Assembly (NCBI GenBank): GCA_949300355.1
Contig: CASGDY010000010.1
Coordinates: 1 to 46,677, forward strand
Source of the DNA: an uncultured Brachyspira sp.
Lineage (GTDB): Bacteria; Spirochaetota; Brachyspiria; Brachyspirales; Brachyspiraceae
Direction: 5' to 3'
Length of the DNA: 46,677 nt
Positions 28,699-39,361 of this stretch are shown piece by piece. A program made the position numbers and the translations under genes. The notes under the pieces are model-generated. The model made no database searches. It saw only the letters and a list, made by a program, of their open reading frames with translations, and had not been told where the DNA came from. Positions within the stretch are counted from its first letter, which is position 1, and each line of letters begins with the position of its first letter.

Positions 28699-28727
28699 AC
28701 AATAAACAATATATAAAGGATTTAATA

Positions 28728-29060
28728 TTGAACTATGATGATATAGTATCAAATTTGATGCAGGAACTAAGACGCGGTACATTGATAATAGCAGTTCTAA
28801 GTCAATTAAAAAAAGAAGAATACGGATACAATTTGATAGCTAAATTAAAAGGAAACGGCATCACTGTTGAAGCTAATACTTTATACCCTCTTTTGAGAAG
28901 ATTAGAAAATCAAGGGCTTTTAAAAAGTGAATGGAATACCAAAGAGGATAAACCAAGAAAATATTATTCTATAACAAAATACGGAAAAGAAGTTTTAAAA
29001 AAAGCTGTTAATCATTGGAAAGAATTTTCATCCAATGTTAATAAAATAATAGATGAATAA
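28728..29060 (+). CDS. PadR-family regulator
   Basis: ELRRGTL, YGY, TLYPLLRRLE, RKYYSIT; TTG start behind AAGGA. Confidence 0.93.
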   Translation: MNYDDIVSNLMQELRRGTLIIAVLSQLKKEEYGYNLIAKLKGNGITVEANTLYPLLRRLENQGLLKSEWNTKEDKPRKYYSITKYGKEVLKKAVNHWKEFSSNVNKIIDE

Positions 29061-29082
29061 TTTTTTAATAATAGGAGTTTAT

Positions 29083-30036
29083 ATGATTAACAATAAAGAA
29101 AATAAAAAATCATAAGATATTATTGAAAGATATATTTATACTGTTACAAAATCAATGCCAGATAAAATTAAAGAAGATGTTTCAAATGAAATAAGAACTC
29201 TTATTGATGATATAATCAAAGAAAGATTTTCAAACTCAGAGTATAAAATAAATGATATAAAAAATATTTTAATGGAAATTGGAAATCCTTATGAACTTGC
29301 ATGTAAATATGATACAGGATATCCTTATTATATATATTATAAACTTGTATTAAAAATAGTATTATCTTCAGCATTGCTTGGAATAGTAGTTTTATCAATA
29401 GTCAATATACTTATAAATAATGAAGTTATCAATTTACTTAATATAGCAAGTAATATTTTTACAGCCTTTTTATTAGCATTTTCATTTGTAACATTAATAT
29501 TTGCATTTATTTCAAATAAGAATATAGATATTTCCAGCATAACAATAGATTTTAATAATCTTCCAAAACCTCAAAATAAAAAAATAAATTTATATCATTC
29601 AATTATTAAAATATCAGCGTCAATTATATTTTTATTGCTTTTACTATTATCTCCAAATATATTTTCATTAAAAATGAATAATGAATATTTTACATTTTTT
29701 AATATAGAAATTATAAAAGATACTTTTTTATTTCCTTTAATATTTATTTTAATGCTTATATCAAGAGAAATTATAAAAATATTTTCAAATAGTTACAATA
29801 AAAAAATAGTTATATTGTTTATTTGTATTGATATAATATCAGCTATTGCATCATCATTATGGCTATTATCATATAATGTGATTAATATTAATTTGATAAA
29901 TGTATTAACAAAATTAGAATCAGTAAATTCCATTGCTTTTAATATATTTGATAATTTTCAGTTATTTTGTTTAATCTGCATATTATTTTCCTTACTGCTT
30001 GATACTGTATATGCTATATTAAAATTAAAAAAATAA
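29083..30036 (+). pseudogene. PadR-associated HAAS-type membrane protein with an in-frame premature stop
   Basis: AGGAG RBS and ATG at 29083, in frame with the 29155 ORF, but TAA at codon 11 (29113-29115). The family-type motif DIIERYIYTVTKSMP..I.E..GNP lies right after the stop. Confidence 0.65.
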
Positions 30037-30148
30037 CCTTGCATATAAAAGCTATATAGGTAAGGCTTAAAATGTAAAACATGTATTATATAACTTACTA
30101 TATAATTTATTAAGCATAATATTTTAGTTAGTAGAATATAACAAAATA

Positions 30149-30187
30149 TTGACTTAGTAAAACAATATGTTAGAATATACTAACATA
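30149..30187 (+). promoter_or_regulatory. Promoter and palindromic operator of the nik-like operon
   Basis: TTGACT-N16-TAGAAT with an extended TG; the perfect inverted repeat TATGTTAG-N6-CTAACATA (30166-30187) overlaps the -10. Confidence 0.6.
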
Positions 30188-30213
30188 AAATAATAGAATA
30201 ATGGAGATTAAAA

Positions 30214-31815
30214 GTGAAATTTATGAAAAAATATTTATTGGAAAATTTTTTTTTGATGATGTTATTTTCAATAGCATTTACAAACTGTTCTGTAAATTCA
30301 AATAATGAAGCAATTGATAGAAAAGCAAATAATGAAGAATTAATATTTGTAAATTATAGAGATATAAGAGATTTAAATCCTCATTTGTATGCTGGAGAAA
30401 TGTATGCTCAGGAAATGCTTTATGAAACATTAGTTAATATAGGCGAAAACGGATATGAGCCTTGTTTAGCAGAAAGCTGGGATATAAGCGATGATGGTAA
30501 AGTTTATACATTTAATATAAGAAAGAATGTATATTTTTCTGACGGAGAGATATGTGATGCTAATGCCATAAAAGCTAATTTTGATGCAATTATAGAAAAT
30601 AAAGACAGACATACTTGGCTTGAAATGATGCATATATTGGATAAAGTTGAAGCTATTGATGATTATACTTTTAGAATTACTTTAACTTCTCCATACTACC
30701 CTATGCTTACAGAATTGGGAGTTACAAGACCATTTGCTATGATATCTCCAAAAGCTATGAAAAATGGTTCTACAAAGAATGGAGTTAATGAATATATAGG
30801 TACTGGTCCATATATTTTGGGAGAGTATGAAACAGATAAATATGCAGTTTTTGAAGCAAATACTAATTATTGGGGAGAAAAACCAAAAATTAAAAGAATA
30901 AGAGTAAAAGTTATACCTGATAATCAAACTAGATTATTGGCATTGGAAAAAGGAGAAATAGATTTAATATTCGGTAAAAATATGATAGATTCTGATGCTA
31001 TTAATAAATATAAGGATAATTCTAAATTTGTATCATCTTTATCCGCACCTACTTCAACAAGACAAATAGTATTAAATACAACCCATTCTATATTATCTAA
31101 TAGTAATGTTAGAAAAGCACTGCAGCATGCCGCAGATAAAAAAGCTATATCAGATGGAATATTCTATGGTTTAGAGCCTCCTGCTGATACACTATTTTCA
31201 AAAACAGTTCAATATTGTGATGTAAATCTTATACCTTATGAATATAATATAGATAAAGCAAATCAATTATTAGAAGAAGCCGGTTGGATTTTTGGTGATG
31301 ATGGAATAAGAGAAAAAGATGGGCAAAAATTAAGTTTAAATCTTTTATATAATAGTGATAGTGTAACAGAAAAAACTATATCTGAGTATTTACAAGCTGA
31401 ATATAAAAAGATAGGAATTGATATTAATATAACAGGTGAAGAAGAACAATCTTACAGAGATAATATGAAGGCAGGTAATTTTGATATGGTGTTTAATATT
31501 TGCTGGGGCTCTCCTTATGATCCTCAGTCATCATTGGCTGCTATGCGTCAGAGGGTATATGGTGATTATGCTGCTCAGCAAGGTCTTCATGATAAAAAAG
31601 AAATAGATGAAGCTATAACTAAAATTCTTTTAAGTGTAGATGAAAATGAAAGAAAAGAGCTTTATAATTTTGTTTTAACTAGACTTCATGAAGATGCAGT
31701 TTATATACCGCTTACTTATGAATGTAATAAAGCTGTTTATACTTCTGATTTAAAAAATGTACAATTTGCACAAACGCAATATGAAATACCTTTTTGGCTA
31801 ATGTATTTCAATTAA
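30214..31815 (+). CDS. nikA: Nickel/metallophore ABC transporter substrate-binding lipoprotein (NikA/CntA-like)
   Basis: Lipobox FTNC; LNPHLY, YETLV, LAESW, RHTW, RPF, GTGPY, WGSPYDP. Confidence 0.85.
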   Translation: MKFMKKYLLENFFLMMLFSIAFTNCSVNSNNEAIDRKANNEELIFVNYRDIRDLNPHLYAGEMYAQEMLYETLVNIGENGYEPCLAESWDISDDGKVYTFNIRKNVYFSDGEICDANAIKANFDAIIENKDRHTWLEMMHILDKVEAIDDYTFRITLTSPYYPMLTELGVTRPFAMISPKAMKNGSTKNGVNEYIGTGPYILGEYETDKYAVFEANTNYWGEKPKIKRIRVKVIPDNQTRLLALEKGEIDLIFGKNMIDSDAINKYKDNSKFVSSLSAPTSTRQIVLNTTHSILSNSNVRKALQHAADKKAISDGIFYGLEPPADTLFSKTVQYCDVNLIPYEYNIDKANQLLEEAGWIFGDDGIREKDGQKLSLNLLYNSDSVTEKTISEYLQAEYKKIGIDINITGEEEQSYRDNMKAGNFDMVFNICWGSPYDPQSSLAAMRQRVYGDYAAQQGLHDKKEIDEAITKILLSVDENERKELYNFVLTRLHEDAVYIPLTYECNKAVYTSDLKNVQFAQTQYEIPFWLMYFN

Positions 31816-31895
31816 TATATTTTATCATTGCAAATTGTAATTAGTAGTTTAAAGCATATAATTTCTTAGATTATATAAAAAAAGAGGTTTTCATT

Positions 31896-32834
31896 ATGAA
31901 AGCATATATTATAAAAAGAATATTAGTTACTATACCGCTTTTGTTCGGCATTACATTATTAAGTTTTTTCTTTATTAATTTAATACCCTCAGATCCTGCC
32001 GAAGTTGTTTTAAGAGTACAGCAGGTTCCTATTATTTCAGAAGAAGCCATAGAACAAATGCGTGAAGAATTAGGTTTAAATGATCCTTTCTTTGTTAGAT
32101 ACTTTAGATGGATATTAGATTTTTTAAAATTAGATTTAGGTGTAAGCTACACTAATCCTTCAAGAACAGTTGTCGGAGAAATAGCAAGATCATTACCATC
32201 AACTTTGCAGCTTGCATTTCTTTCTCTTGTGTTCGTAATAGTCTTGAGTCTGCCTATTGGTTTTTTTAGTGCAGTTTATAAGGACAGCATATTTGACAGG
32301 CTAATACGATTTATAGTATTTTCTACAACGGCAATGCCGGCTTATTGGATAGGTCTTCTTTTAATATGGTTTATAAGTATAAAATTAGATTTACTGCCTA
32401 CAAGCGGTAGCGGAACTTGGGCTCATGCTATACTTCCTGCAATAACAATATCAATAACATATATATCTACATATATAAGACTCATAAGAAATAATATGCT
32501 TGAAAATATGAAAGAAGATTATGTATTATATGCAAATGCAAGAGGATTAAAGCAGAGGATAATATTAGTAAAACATATATTAAAGAATTCTCTTCAGTCT
32601 TGTATTACTGCAATAGGTATGAGCATACCTCAGTTAATATCTGGTACTATAGTTGTTGAAAATGTATTTGCATGGCCGGGTGTCGGCAGATTATGTATAT
32701 CTTCAATATTCAATAGAGATTATCCTGTTATACAAGCATATATATTAATGACTGGTATTTTATTTGTATTTTTCAATTTAATTTTTGATATTGTACAAAG
32801 AATAGCCGACCCTAGACTTAGAATAGGAGAATAA
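31896..32834 (+). CDS. nikB: Nickel/metallophore ABC permease
   Basis: DppB/NikB-type permease with YVLYANARG (EAA loop) and RDYPVIQ. Confidence 0.85.
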   Translation: MKAYIIKRILVTIPLLFGITLLSFFFINLIPSDPAEVVLRVQQVPIISEEAIEQMREELGLNDPFFVRYFRWILDFLKLDLGVSYTNPSRTVVGEIARSLPSTLQLAFLSLVFVIVLSLPIGFFSAVYKDSIFDRLIRFIVFSTTAMPAYWIGLLLIWFISIKLDLLPTSGSGTWAHAILPAITISITYISTYIRLIRNNMLENMKEDYVLYANARGLKQRIILVKHILKNSLQSCITAIGMSIPQLISGTIVVENVFAWPGVGRLCISSIFNRDYPVIQAYILMTGILFVFFNLIFDIVQRIADPRLRIGE

Positions 32835-32839
32835 TAAAA

Positions 32840-33664
32840 ATGTTAAAAAGATTTTTAGATAATAAAATTGCATTCGGATGTACAGTATTTATATTGATAA
32901 TAGCATTAATTGGAATATTTGCGCCATTAATAGCTCCAAATGATCCTTATGCAAATAATATATTAAATAAATTTGCCGGCATATCAAAAGAATATCCTCT
33001 TGGTACAGATCAGCTTGGAAGATGTATATTATCAAGAATGATATATGGAATAAGATATACTTTATTTTTATCTTTACTTACTATGCTTGGAACTATAGCA
33101 CTTGGTACTTTAATGGGAATACTTGCTGGATATTTTAAAGGTGCTGTTGATGAAATAATAATGAGAATAGTAGATGTAATGCTGTCATTTCCAAGTCAGA
33201 TAATGATACTTGCGGTTGTTGCTTTGCTTGGAGTTGATATTGCAAATGTTATTATAGCAAATGTATTTATAAAATGGGCATGGTATTCAAGAATGATAAG
33301 AACTAATGTATTAAAATATAGAGAAAAGAATTTCGTTTTATTTTCAAAAACAGTAGGCTCTTCTTCGAGATTTATTTTATTTAATCATATGATTCCTTCA
33401 ATATCATCTGAAATGATAGTGCTTGCAACTTTGGATACTGGCTGGGCTATATTGAATATATCTACATTATCATTTTTAGGTTTAGGTGTTCAGGCACCTA
33501 TACCAGAATGGGGAGCTATGCTTAATGAAGCGAAAAATGTAATGACTACTAATCCTAAGCAAATGATAGTGCCGGGTATTGCAATAGTATTTTTGGTAGC
33601 TTCATTTAATTTGCTTGGAGATGCTTTAAGAGATGTTCTTGATCCTAAAGAAAGCAGAGCATAA
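32840..33664 (+). CDS. nikC: Nickel/metallophore ABC permease
   Basis: LGTDQLGRC, LSFLGLG..PEWG, FNLLGDALRD. Confidence 0.85.
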   Translation: MLKRFLDNKIAFGCTVFILIIALIGIFAPLIAPNDPYANNILNKFAGISKEYPLGTDQLGRCILSRMIYGIRYTLFLSLLTMLGTIALGTLMGILAGYFKGAVDEIIMRIVDVMLSFPSQIMILAVVALLGVDIANVIIANVFIKWAWYSRMIRTNVLKYREKNFVLFSKTVGSSSRFILFNHMIPSISSEMIVLATLDTGWAILNISTLSFLGLGVQAPIPEWGAMLNEAKNVMTTNPKQMIVPGIAIVFLVASFNLLGDALRDVLDPKESRA

Positions 33665-33680
33665 TTTTAAAGGACTAAAT

Positions 33681-34508
33681 ATGAATGAAAATATTTTAGA
33701 AGTTAAAAATCTCAATGTTTATTTTAGAGAAAAAAATAATAATATAAAAATAATAGATGATGTTTCTTTCTGTATTAAAGAAGGAGAATGTTTAGGTATA
33801 TTGGGAGAAAGCGGAAGCGGTAAAAGTATGACTATAAAATCTATACTTCGTCTGCTTGATAATAATTTTTATGTAGAAGGAGAAGCTTTTTTTAATGATA
33901 TAGATTTAATAAAAGAAAGTGCAGGCAATATAAGAAAATTAAGAGGTAATGATATATGCATGATACTTCAAAATCCTATGACCTGTTTTGACCCGCTATA
34001 CAGAATATATAATCAAATGGAAGAAACCTTTATAGAACATACCAATTTAAATAAAAAAGAAATATATAAAAAATGCATAGACACTTTAAATATAATGAAA
34101 ATAAGAAATCCTGAAGATACAATAAAAAAATATCCTCATCAGCTTAGCGGAGGAATGCTTCAAAGAATAATGATAGGTTTAGCATTATCATTAAATCCAA
34201 AACTTATAATAGCTGATGAACCTACTACTGCAATAGATTCTATAAGCCAAAATGCCATTATGAATGAGTTTATAAGAATAAAAAAAGAAAATAAAGTTTC
34301 TATGCTATTTATATCACATGATCTTGGAATATTGTCAAAGATATCGGATAAAATAATAGTAATGAAAGAAGGAAAAATACTAGAAACTGCTTCTGTAGCA
34401 GATATAATATTTAATAGTAAAGATGATTATACAAACTCTTTAGTAGCAAAAAGAATGTCTGTTATGAAAAAATTTAATGAAATAGTTTATGGAGATAAAA
34501 TATTATGA
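33681..34508 (+). CDS. nikD: ABC ATPase (NikD/DppD-like)
   Basis: GESGSGKS, LSGGMLQR, ADEPT. Start placed at ATG 33681 behind AAGGA; the ORF track gives 33633. Confidence 0.85.
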   Translation: MNENILEVKNLNVYFREKNNNIKIIDDVSFCIKEGECLGILGESGSGKSMTIKSILRLLDNNFYVEGEAFFNDIDLIKESAGNIRKLRGNDICMILQNPMTCFDPLYRIYNQMEETFIEHTNLNKKEIYKKCIDTLNIMKIRNPEDTIKKYPHQLSGGMLQRIMIGLALSLNPKLIIADEPTTAIDSISQNAIMNEFIRIKKENKVSMLFISHDLGILSKISDKIIVMKEGKILETASVADIIFNSKDDYTNSLVAKRMSVMKKFNEIVYGDKIL

Positions 34509-35371
34509 TAGATAATGAAATAATATTAAAAGCTGAAAATATTAAAGTAAGCTTTAGAAAAGAAAATCAAAAAAAAGTTTTTGGAAAAGAAAGACAAACT
34601 GTATTAAATAATGTTTCTTTTTATTTAAAAAAAGGAGAATGTCTTGGAATTATAGGAGAAAGCGGCAGCGGTAAAAGCACTTTAGGAAAGGTAGTATTGG
34701 GGCTTCAAAGACCTGAAAATGGAACAGTTACTATAGACGGTATAGATCTTTATAAATATAAAAATAAAAGAAATAAAAAATTAAGATATGATATCAGTGT
34801 TGTGTTTCAAGATTATGTGTCTTCTGTTAATCCTAGATTTACAGTTATGAGAGCTTTAGATGAAGCTATTAATGTTCATACTATAAACACAGGAGAAAAA
34901 CTTGACAAAATAAATAGAAGAAATATGTCTATAGAACTTTTAAATAATGTAGGATTAGATGAAAGTTTTTTAAGTAGATATCCGCATGAATTAAGCGGAG
35001 GACAGCTGCAAAGAATTTGTATAGCCAGAGCTGTAGCTGTTCATCCAAAAATAATTTTATTAGATGAAGCAGTAAGTTCATTAGATGTTTCTACTCAAAC
35101 ACAGATTATGGATTATTTAATAAAGTTAAGAAATATATACGGTTTTTCTTATATATTCATAACGCATGATTTATCTGCCATAACATATTTATGTGATAGG
35201 GTATTATTTTTTAATAGTGGAAACATTGTGGAAGAAGTAGATGATATAAGAGAACTTAATAATGTAAAAACTGAATATGCAGTTGAAATGCTTAATTCTG
35301 TAAAAACATTTGATATAGTAAATATATCCAAAGATTTAAAAGAAGAAAAATATATACAAAAGGCTGTATGA
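34505..35371 (+). CDS. nikE: ABC ATPase (NikE/DppF-like)
   Basis: GESGSGKST, LSGGQLQR, LDEAVSSLD; ATGA overlap with the previous gene. Confidence 0.85.
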   Translation: MIDNEIILKAENIKVSFRKENQKKVFGKERQTVLNNVSFYLKKGECLGIIGESGSGKSTLGKVVLGLQRPENGTVTIDGIDLYKYKNKRNKKLRYDISVVFQDYVSSVNPRFTVMRALDEAINVHTINTGEKLDKINRRNMSIELLNNVGLDESFLSRYPHELSGGQLQRICIARAVAVHPKIILLDEAVSSLDVSTQTQIMDYLIKLRNIYGFSYIFITHDLSAITYLCDRVLFFNSGNIVEEVDDIRELNNVKTEYAVEMLNSVKTFDIVNISKDLKEEKYIQKAV

Positions 35372-35385
35372 TTTTATAATAAAAA

Positions 35386-36708
35386 ATGAATAATAATATA
35401 AAAAAATTAATAAGAGATTCTGATTATATAAAAATATTAATACCTTTTGTAATATCTACAATGACTCAGCCTCTTTTGGGAGCAGTAGATACAGCAGTTG
35501 CAGGAAGATTAGGAAATCCAGCATATATAGCAGGCGTATCAGTTGGAAGTGTTGTTTTTAATACTATATATTGGGTATTTGGTTTTCTTAGAGTGAATAC
35601 AACTTCATTCAGTGCTATGGCTTTGGGTACAGGTAAAACTGAAGATAGGGCTTTTGCTTTTTTTCAGCCATTATATATAGCATTATTTATATCTTTTATA
35701 ATACTTATATTTCAGAAAATTATTAGTTTTTATGCTGAAAAAACTTTTGACTTAGAAACAGAAGCATTCAAGGCATTTAATATATACTATAAAGTACTTA
35801 TATGGGGAGCACCATTTTTACTGTCTAATTATGTAATGCTAGGCTGGCTTATGGGACAAAGAAAAATAAGGGCTTCTCTAACAATGCAAATAAGCGGAAA
35901 TGTATTAAATATGATATTAGATGTATTATTTGCCATAACATTATCTATGGGAGTATTCGGCATAGCAGCTGCAACCCTAATATCACAGATTATTTCTTTT
36001 TTAATTGGAATATTTTTTATTATTAAATATGGTAATTTTGGAAAAATCAATTTAAAAGATTTTGCTAATTTATATAAGATGAAAAAATCTTTAATTTCAA
36101 ATCTATATTTAATGCTTAGAACTATATGCCTTATAGTACAAATAAATATTTTTACCTCAAAAAGTGCTTCTTTAGGTACTATACTAATTTCATCAAACTC
36201 TATACTTCTTCAAATACAATCAATAATATCATATATGTTTGATGGAATAGCTAATACTTCAAGCGTTTATAGCGGAAAAGCTTTTGGAGCTAAAAATCAA
36301 TATTTATTAAAGTCAGCAATAATAAAAAATATAAAATACAGTATTATATTTGTAATATTATTAACTGCTTTATATTTAATTTTTAATAAAACTTTTATAA
36401 ATTTGTTTACCAATAATATTGAAGTTTTGAATTACTCTTATAAATATTATTTTTGGGTAGCATTATACCCTATTGTATCAGCAATAGGACTCACTTTTTA
36501 TGGCATATTTACTGGGGCTTCTTTTAATAAAGCTGTTTTTATATCAACTTTCTTAAGTTTAATATTATTTTTATTTGTACTTTTTATTGGTTTTGATTAT
36601 CTAAATAATAATGGACTTTGGATTGCATTGCTGTCTTTTTATTTTGGCAGAAGTATTTTTATATTACCTTTTATAAAAAGTTTATTCAAAAAAATAAATT
36701 ATAATTAA
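35386..36708 (+). CDS. MATE-family (DinF-like) efflux transporter
   Basis: PLLGAVDTAVAG, FGFLR, NMILD, GIAAAT, DG motif, about 12 TMs. Confidence 0.9.
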   Translation: MNNNIKKLIRDSDYIKILIPFVISTMTQPLLGAVDTAVAGRLGNPAYIAGVSVGSVVFNTIYWVFGFLRVNTTSFSAMALGTGKTEDRAFAFFQPLYIALFISFIILIFQKIISFYAEKTFDLETEAFKAFNIYYKVLIWGAPFLLSNYVMLGWLMGQRKIRASLTMQISGNVLNMILDVLFAITLSMGVFGIAAATLISQIISFLIGIFFIIKYGNFGKINLKDFANLYKMKKSLISNLYLMLRTICLIVQINIFTSKSASLGTILISSNSILLQIQSIISYMFDGIANTSSVYSGKAFGAKNQYLLKSAIIKNIKYSIIFVILLTALYLIFNKTFINLFTNNIEVLNYSYKYYFWVALYPIVSAIGLTFYGIFTGASFNKAVFISTFLSLILFLFVLFIGFDYLNNNGLWIALLSFYFGRSIFILPFIKSLFKKINYN

Positions 36709-36723
36709 TGATGGAGTAAAAGA

Positions 36724-37686
36724 ATGAATAAAATAAAAAAAGAAATTAAAAAGTTTATATGTAAAAGTACAGGAGAAGAGATAATATTTCCTATTGCATA
36801 TATTGAAGGAAATACAAACAATAATAATAATAAAACTCTGGCTGTTATAGGAGGAATGCATGGAAGTGAATTTACAGGAATAGAAGCTGCAATAAAACTG
36901 CTTCATGATTTAGAAACAAATAAATTAGAAATAAACGGCAGATTGATAATAACTACAATATTTAATATACCTGCTTTTATGGAGAACAGAGCTTTCATTG
37001 TTCCTAATGATAATAAAAATCCATTAAGACTATTTCCGGGTGAAGAAAATGGAAGCTATACTGAAGCTATGAATTATTATTTTTGGAATGAAATTTTAAT
37101 TAATGCAGATTATTGTATAGAACTTCATGGAGGAGATATACCAGAATCAATAGCTAATTGTATCTATGTGCCTATAGTAGAAAATGAAATAACAGATAGT
37201 ATATCAAGAAAAATGGCTGAAGTATATAATATAAAATATATAATAGATACTAAAATGAACAAAGATAATAAATACGGAGGAGCTTATAGCCGATTAGCTT
37301 TTAAAGGTATTCCTTCTATACTTACTGAAGCAGGAGGAAATGGAATACTAGATGAAAATAATGTTCAAGTTCATTATGATGGAATAAAAAACATTATGAT
37401 TTATCTTGATATGCTTTCTAATGAAGAAATTAAGAATACAGAAGAAAGAGTTATATTAAATTATACAGGATCTATAAAATCTGACTGCAATGGAATGTGG
37501 TATCCTTATGTAAAAACAGGTGATGCTATTAAAAAAGGAGATAAAGTAGGAGAAATAAGAGATTATTTTGGAAGCAAAATAAAAGATATAATATCTGATT
37601 ATAATGGTATTGTATGTATATTAAAATCTAGTCCTTCTTTAAAAATAGATGATAGTTTAGTAGAAATAAATGAAATAAAAAAATAA
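36724..37686 (+). CDS. Succinylglutamate desuccinylase/aspartoacylase-family (M14-like) hydrolase
   Basis: GMHGSE, RLFPG, ELHGG, EAGG and a C-terminal barrel-sandwich domain. Confidence 0.88.
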   Translation: MNKIKKEIKKFICKSTGEEIIFPIAYIEGNTNNNNNKTLAVIGGMHGSEFTGIEAAIKLLHDLETNKLEINGRLIITTIFNIPAFMENRAFIVPNDNKNPLRLFPGEENGSYTEAMNYYFWNEILINADYCIELHGGDIPESIANCIYVPIVENEITDSISRKMAEVYNIKYIIDTKMNKDNKYGGAYSRLAFKGIPSILTEAGGNGILDENNVQVHYDGIKNIMIYLDMLSNEEIKNTEERVILNYTGSIKSDCNGMWYPYVKTGDAIKKGDKVGEIRDYFGSKIKDIISDYNGIVCILKSSPSLKIDDSLVEINEIKK

Positions 37687-37803
37687 AATATAATTTACAA
37701 AAATATAAAAATGTAGTTTATCATACAATAGTAATTTTATTGTACTTGATAAAAAAATCAAAAATAATAAAATGTATACAATATTTTTAATAGGTGTTAG
37801 AAA

Positions 37804-39315
37804 GTGTTAAGGAAATTGATATATATTATTATTTTAAACTCAGTTTTTTTTAATTTTTTTATTTTTGCCCAAACTAACAATACAAATACTATAATACTTC
37901 CTTATACTCAGTATATGGAAAGAATAAAATCATTAATACCAGAAATGAAATTGACAGCGTCTCAGGAAAGCAATGCTGCAAACAATTTAACAAAGGCAAA
38001 AAGTTCCGGAGATGTTAAATTTGATTTGCAGGCTGGTGCTATAGGAAAGCAAAGCCATTTCGATGAATATAGTTTTTTACCGACATCAGATTTTAATTAT
38101 AATGGTTTTAGAATAGGTGCAGGTTTCAGCGGACTTATACCCTACTCTGGAACTAGATGGTCTGTAGAAATTAAGCATGACAGCTTTTTCGGTGATTTTA
38201 AAACAGGAGATATTTCATTACCTGTTGATACTCCATTTGGAACTGTTAATGGTAAACTTCCAAATATGAGTACAAATGATTTTAAATACTATTCTCCCAG
38301 CATAAGAATACAAATAGCTCAGCCTATATTAAGAGATTTTTTTGGAAAGTTGGACAGATACCCTATAAAGGATGCAGAATATCAGCTTACTATAGCAAAA
38401 TTAAAAAGAATAATAGATGATAACAGCGTATTAACATCTTATCAGAAAATTTATTATCAATGGATAATGGCTAGAAAATTAATAGCTTTCTATAATGAAA
38501 TGATAAGAGAAGCAAGAAGTTTTGAAAATCAAGTATATAGAAGATACACAAGCGGCGTTATAGATAATGATTCATATCAGAATGCCAAAAGACAAACTCT
38601 AAAATATATAGAAGCAAGAGATGAATCAGAATTAATGCTTAAAAAAGTTATGAGAAATATTCGTTTTTTTATACCTGAAGAAAATATACAGCCAAACGAA
38701 GATGATTGGAATCAGACATTAGAAACTTCTATGAATGCCAAAATAACTATAGTACCATTTTTAGAAAGTGCTCAAGGACAAATGGCTTATCAATTAAAAT
38801 TAAGAAGCGAATATGCTATTTCAGTAATGAAAAATAATGCATTGCCTGATTTATCTATAGTAGGAAGCGTATCATTATCTAGTTTAGATGACAGCGGATA
38901 TTTTAAATCTTTTTCTACTATGACAAATGTTGATTATTTTGTAGGGCTTATGTTCTCATACCCTATAGGCGGACGAGATGCTAAAGCCAAAATGGAAGAT
39001 GCTTATGCTGCTTTGAATGCTGTTACCGCTGATTTTGACAGAGTTAATAGAGATTTTGATGTACAGATAGGTACTTATTATGATGAGTTTGAAGCATACA
39101 AAAAAATGCTTGAGAATAAAAAATCAGAAGTTAATGCAATAGTATCAAGAATAAATACTCAAAATGCTAAATTCAGACAAGGAAGACTTCCTATAGATGA
39201 AATAATAAATGCAAGACTAGATTTAGCACAGGCAAGAGCTGAACTTCTTAATTTGCAGTATTTAATAATAAGTACTGTTATGGATTATAATTCTCTGGTG
39301 CTGCTTAATAACTAA
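37804..39315 (+). CDS. TolC-family outer-membrane efflux protein
   Basis: Signal peptide, QP.LR, LPDLS, YPIG and FRQG...L helical repeats; GTG start. Confidence 0.82.
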   Translation: MLRKLIYIIILNSVFFNFFIFAQTNNTNTIILPYTQYMERIKSLIPEMKLTASQESNAANNLTKAKSSGDVKFDLQAGAIGKQSHFDEYSFLPTSDFNYNGFRIGAGFSGLIPYSGTRWSVEIKHDSFFGDFKTGDISLPVDTPFGTVNGKLPNMSTNDFKYYSPSIRIQIAQPILRDFFGKLDRYPIKDAEYQLTIAKLKRIIDDNSVLTSYQKIYYQWIMARKLIAFYNEMIREARSFENQVYRRYTSGVIDNDSYQNAKRQTLKYIEARDESELMLKKVMRNIRFFIPEENIQPNEDDWNQTLETSMNAKITIVPFLESAQGQMAYQLKLRSEYAISVMKNNALPDLSIVGSVSLSSLDDSGYFKSFSTMTNVDYFVGLMFSYPIGGRDAKAKMEDAYAALNAVTADFDRVNRDFDVQIGTYYDEFEAYKKMLENKKSEVNAIVSRINTQNAKFRQGRLPIDEIINARLDLAQARAELLNLQYLIISTVMDYNSLVLLNN

Positions 39316-39361
39316 TCAGAAATATAAAAAATAATTAAATTTTATTAATTAGGATTATAGT

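Noticed and set aside
28235-29060. Type III toxin-antitoxin RNA array
   Set aside because: The promoter-repeats-terminator layout is similar, but those arrays lack unique spacers, and the next gene is a PadR regulator with its own promoter rather than an RNase toxin.
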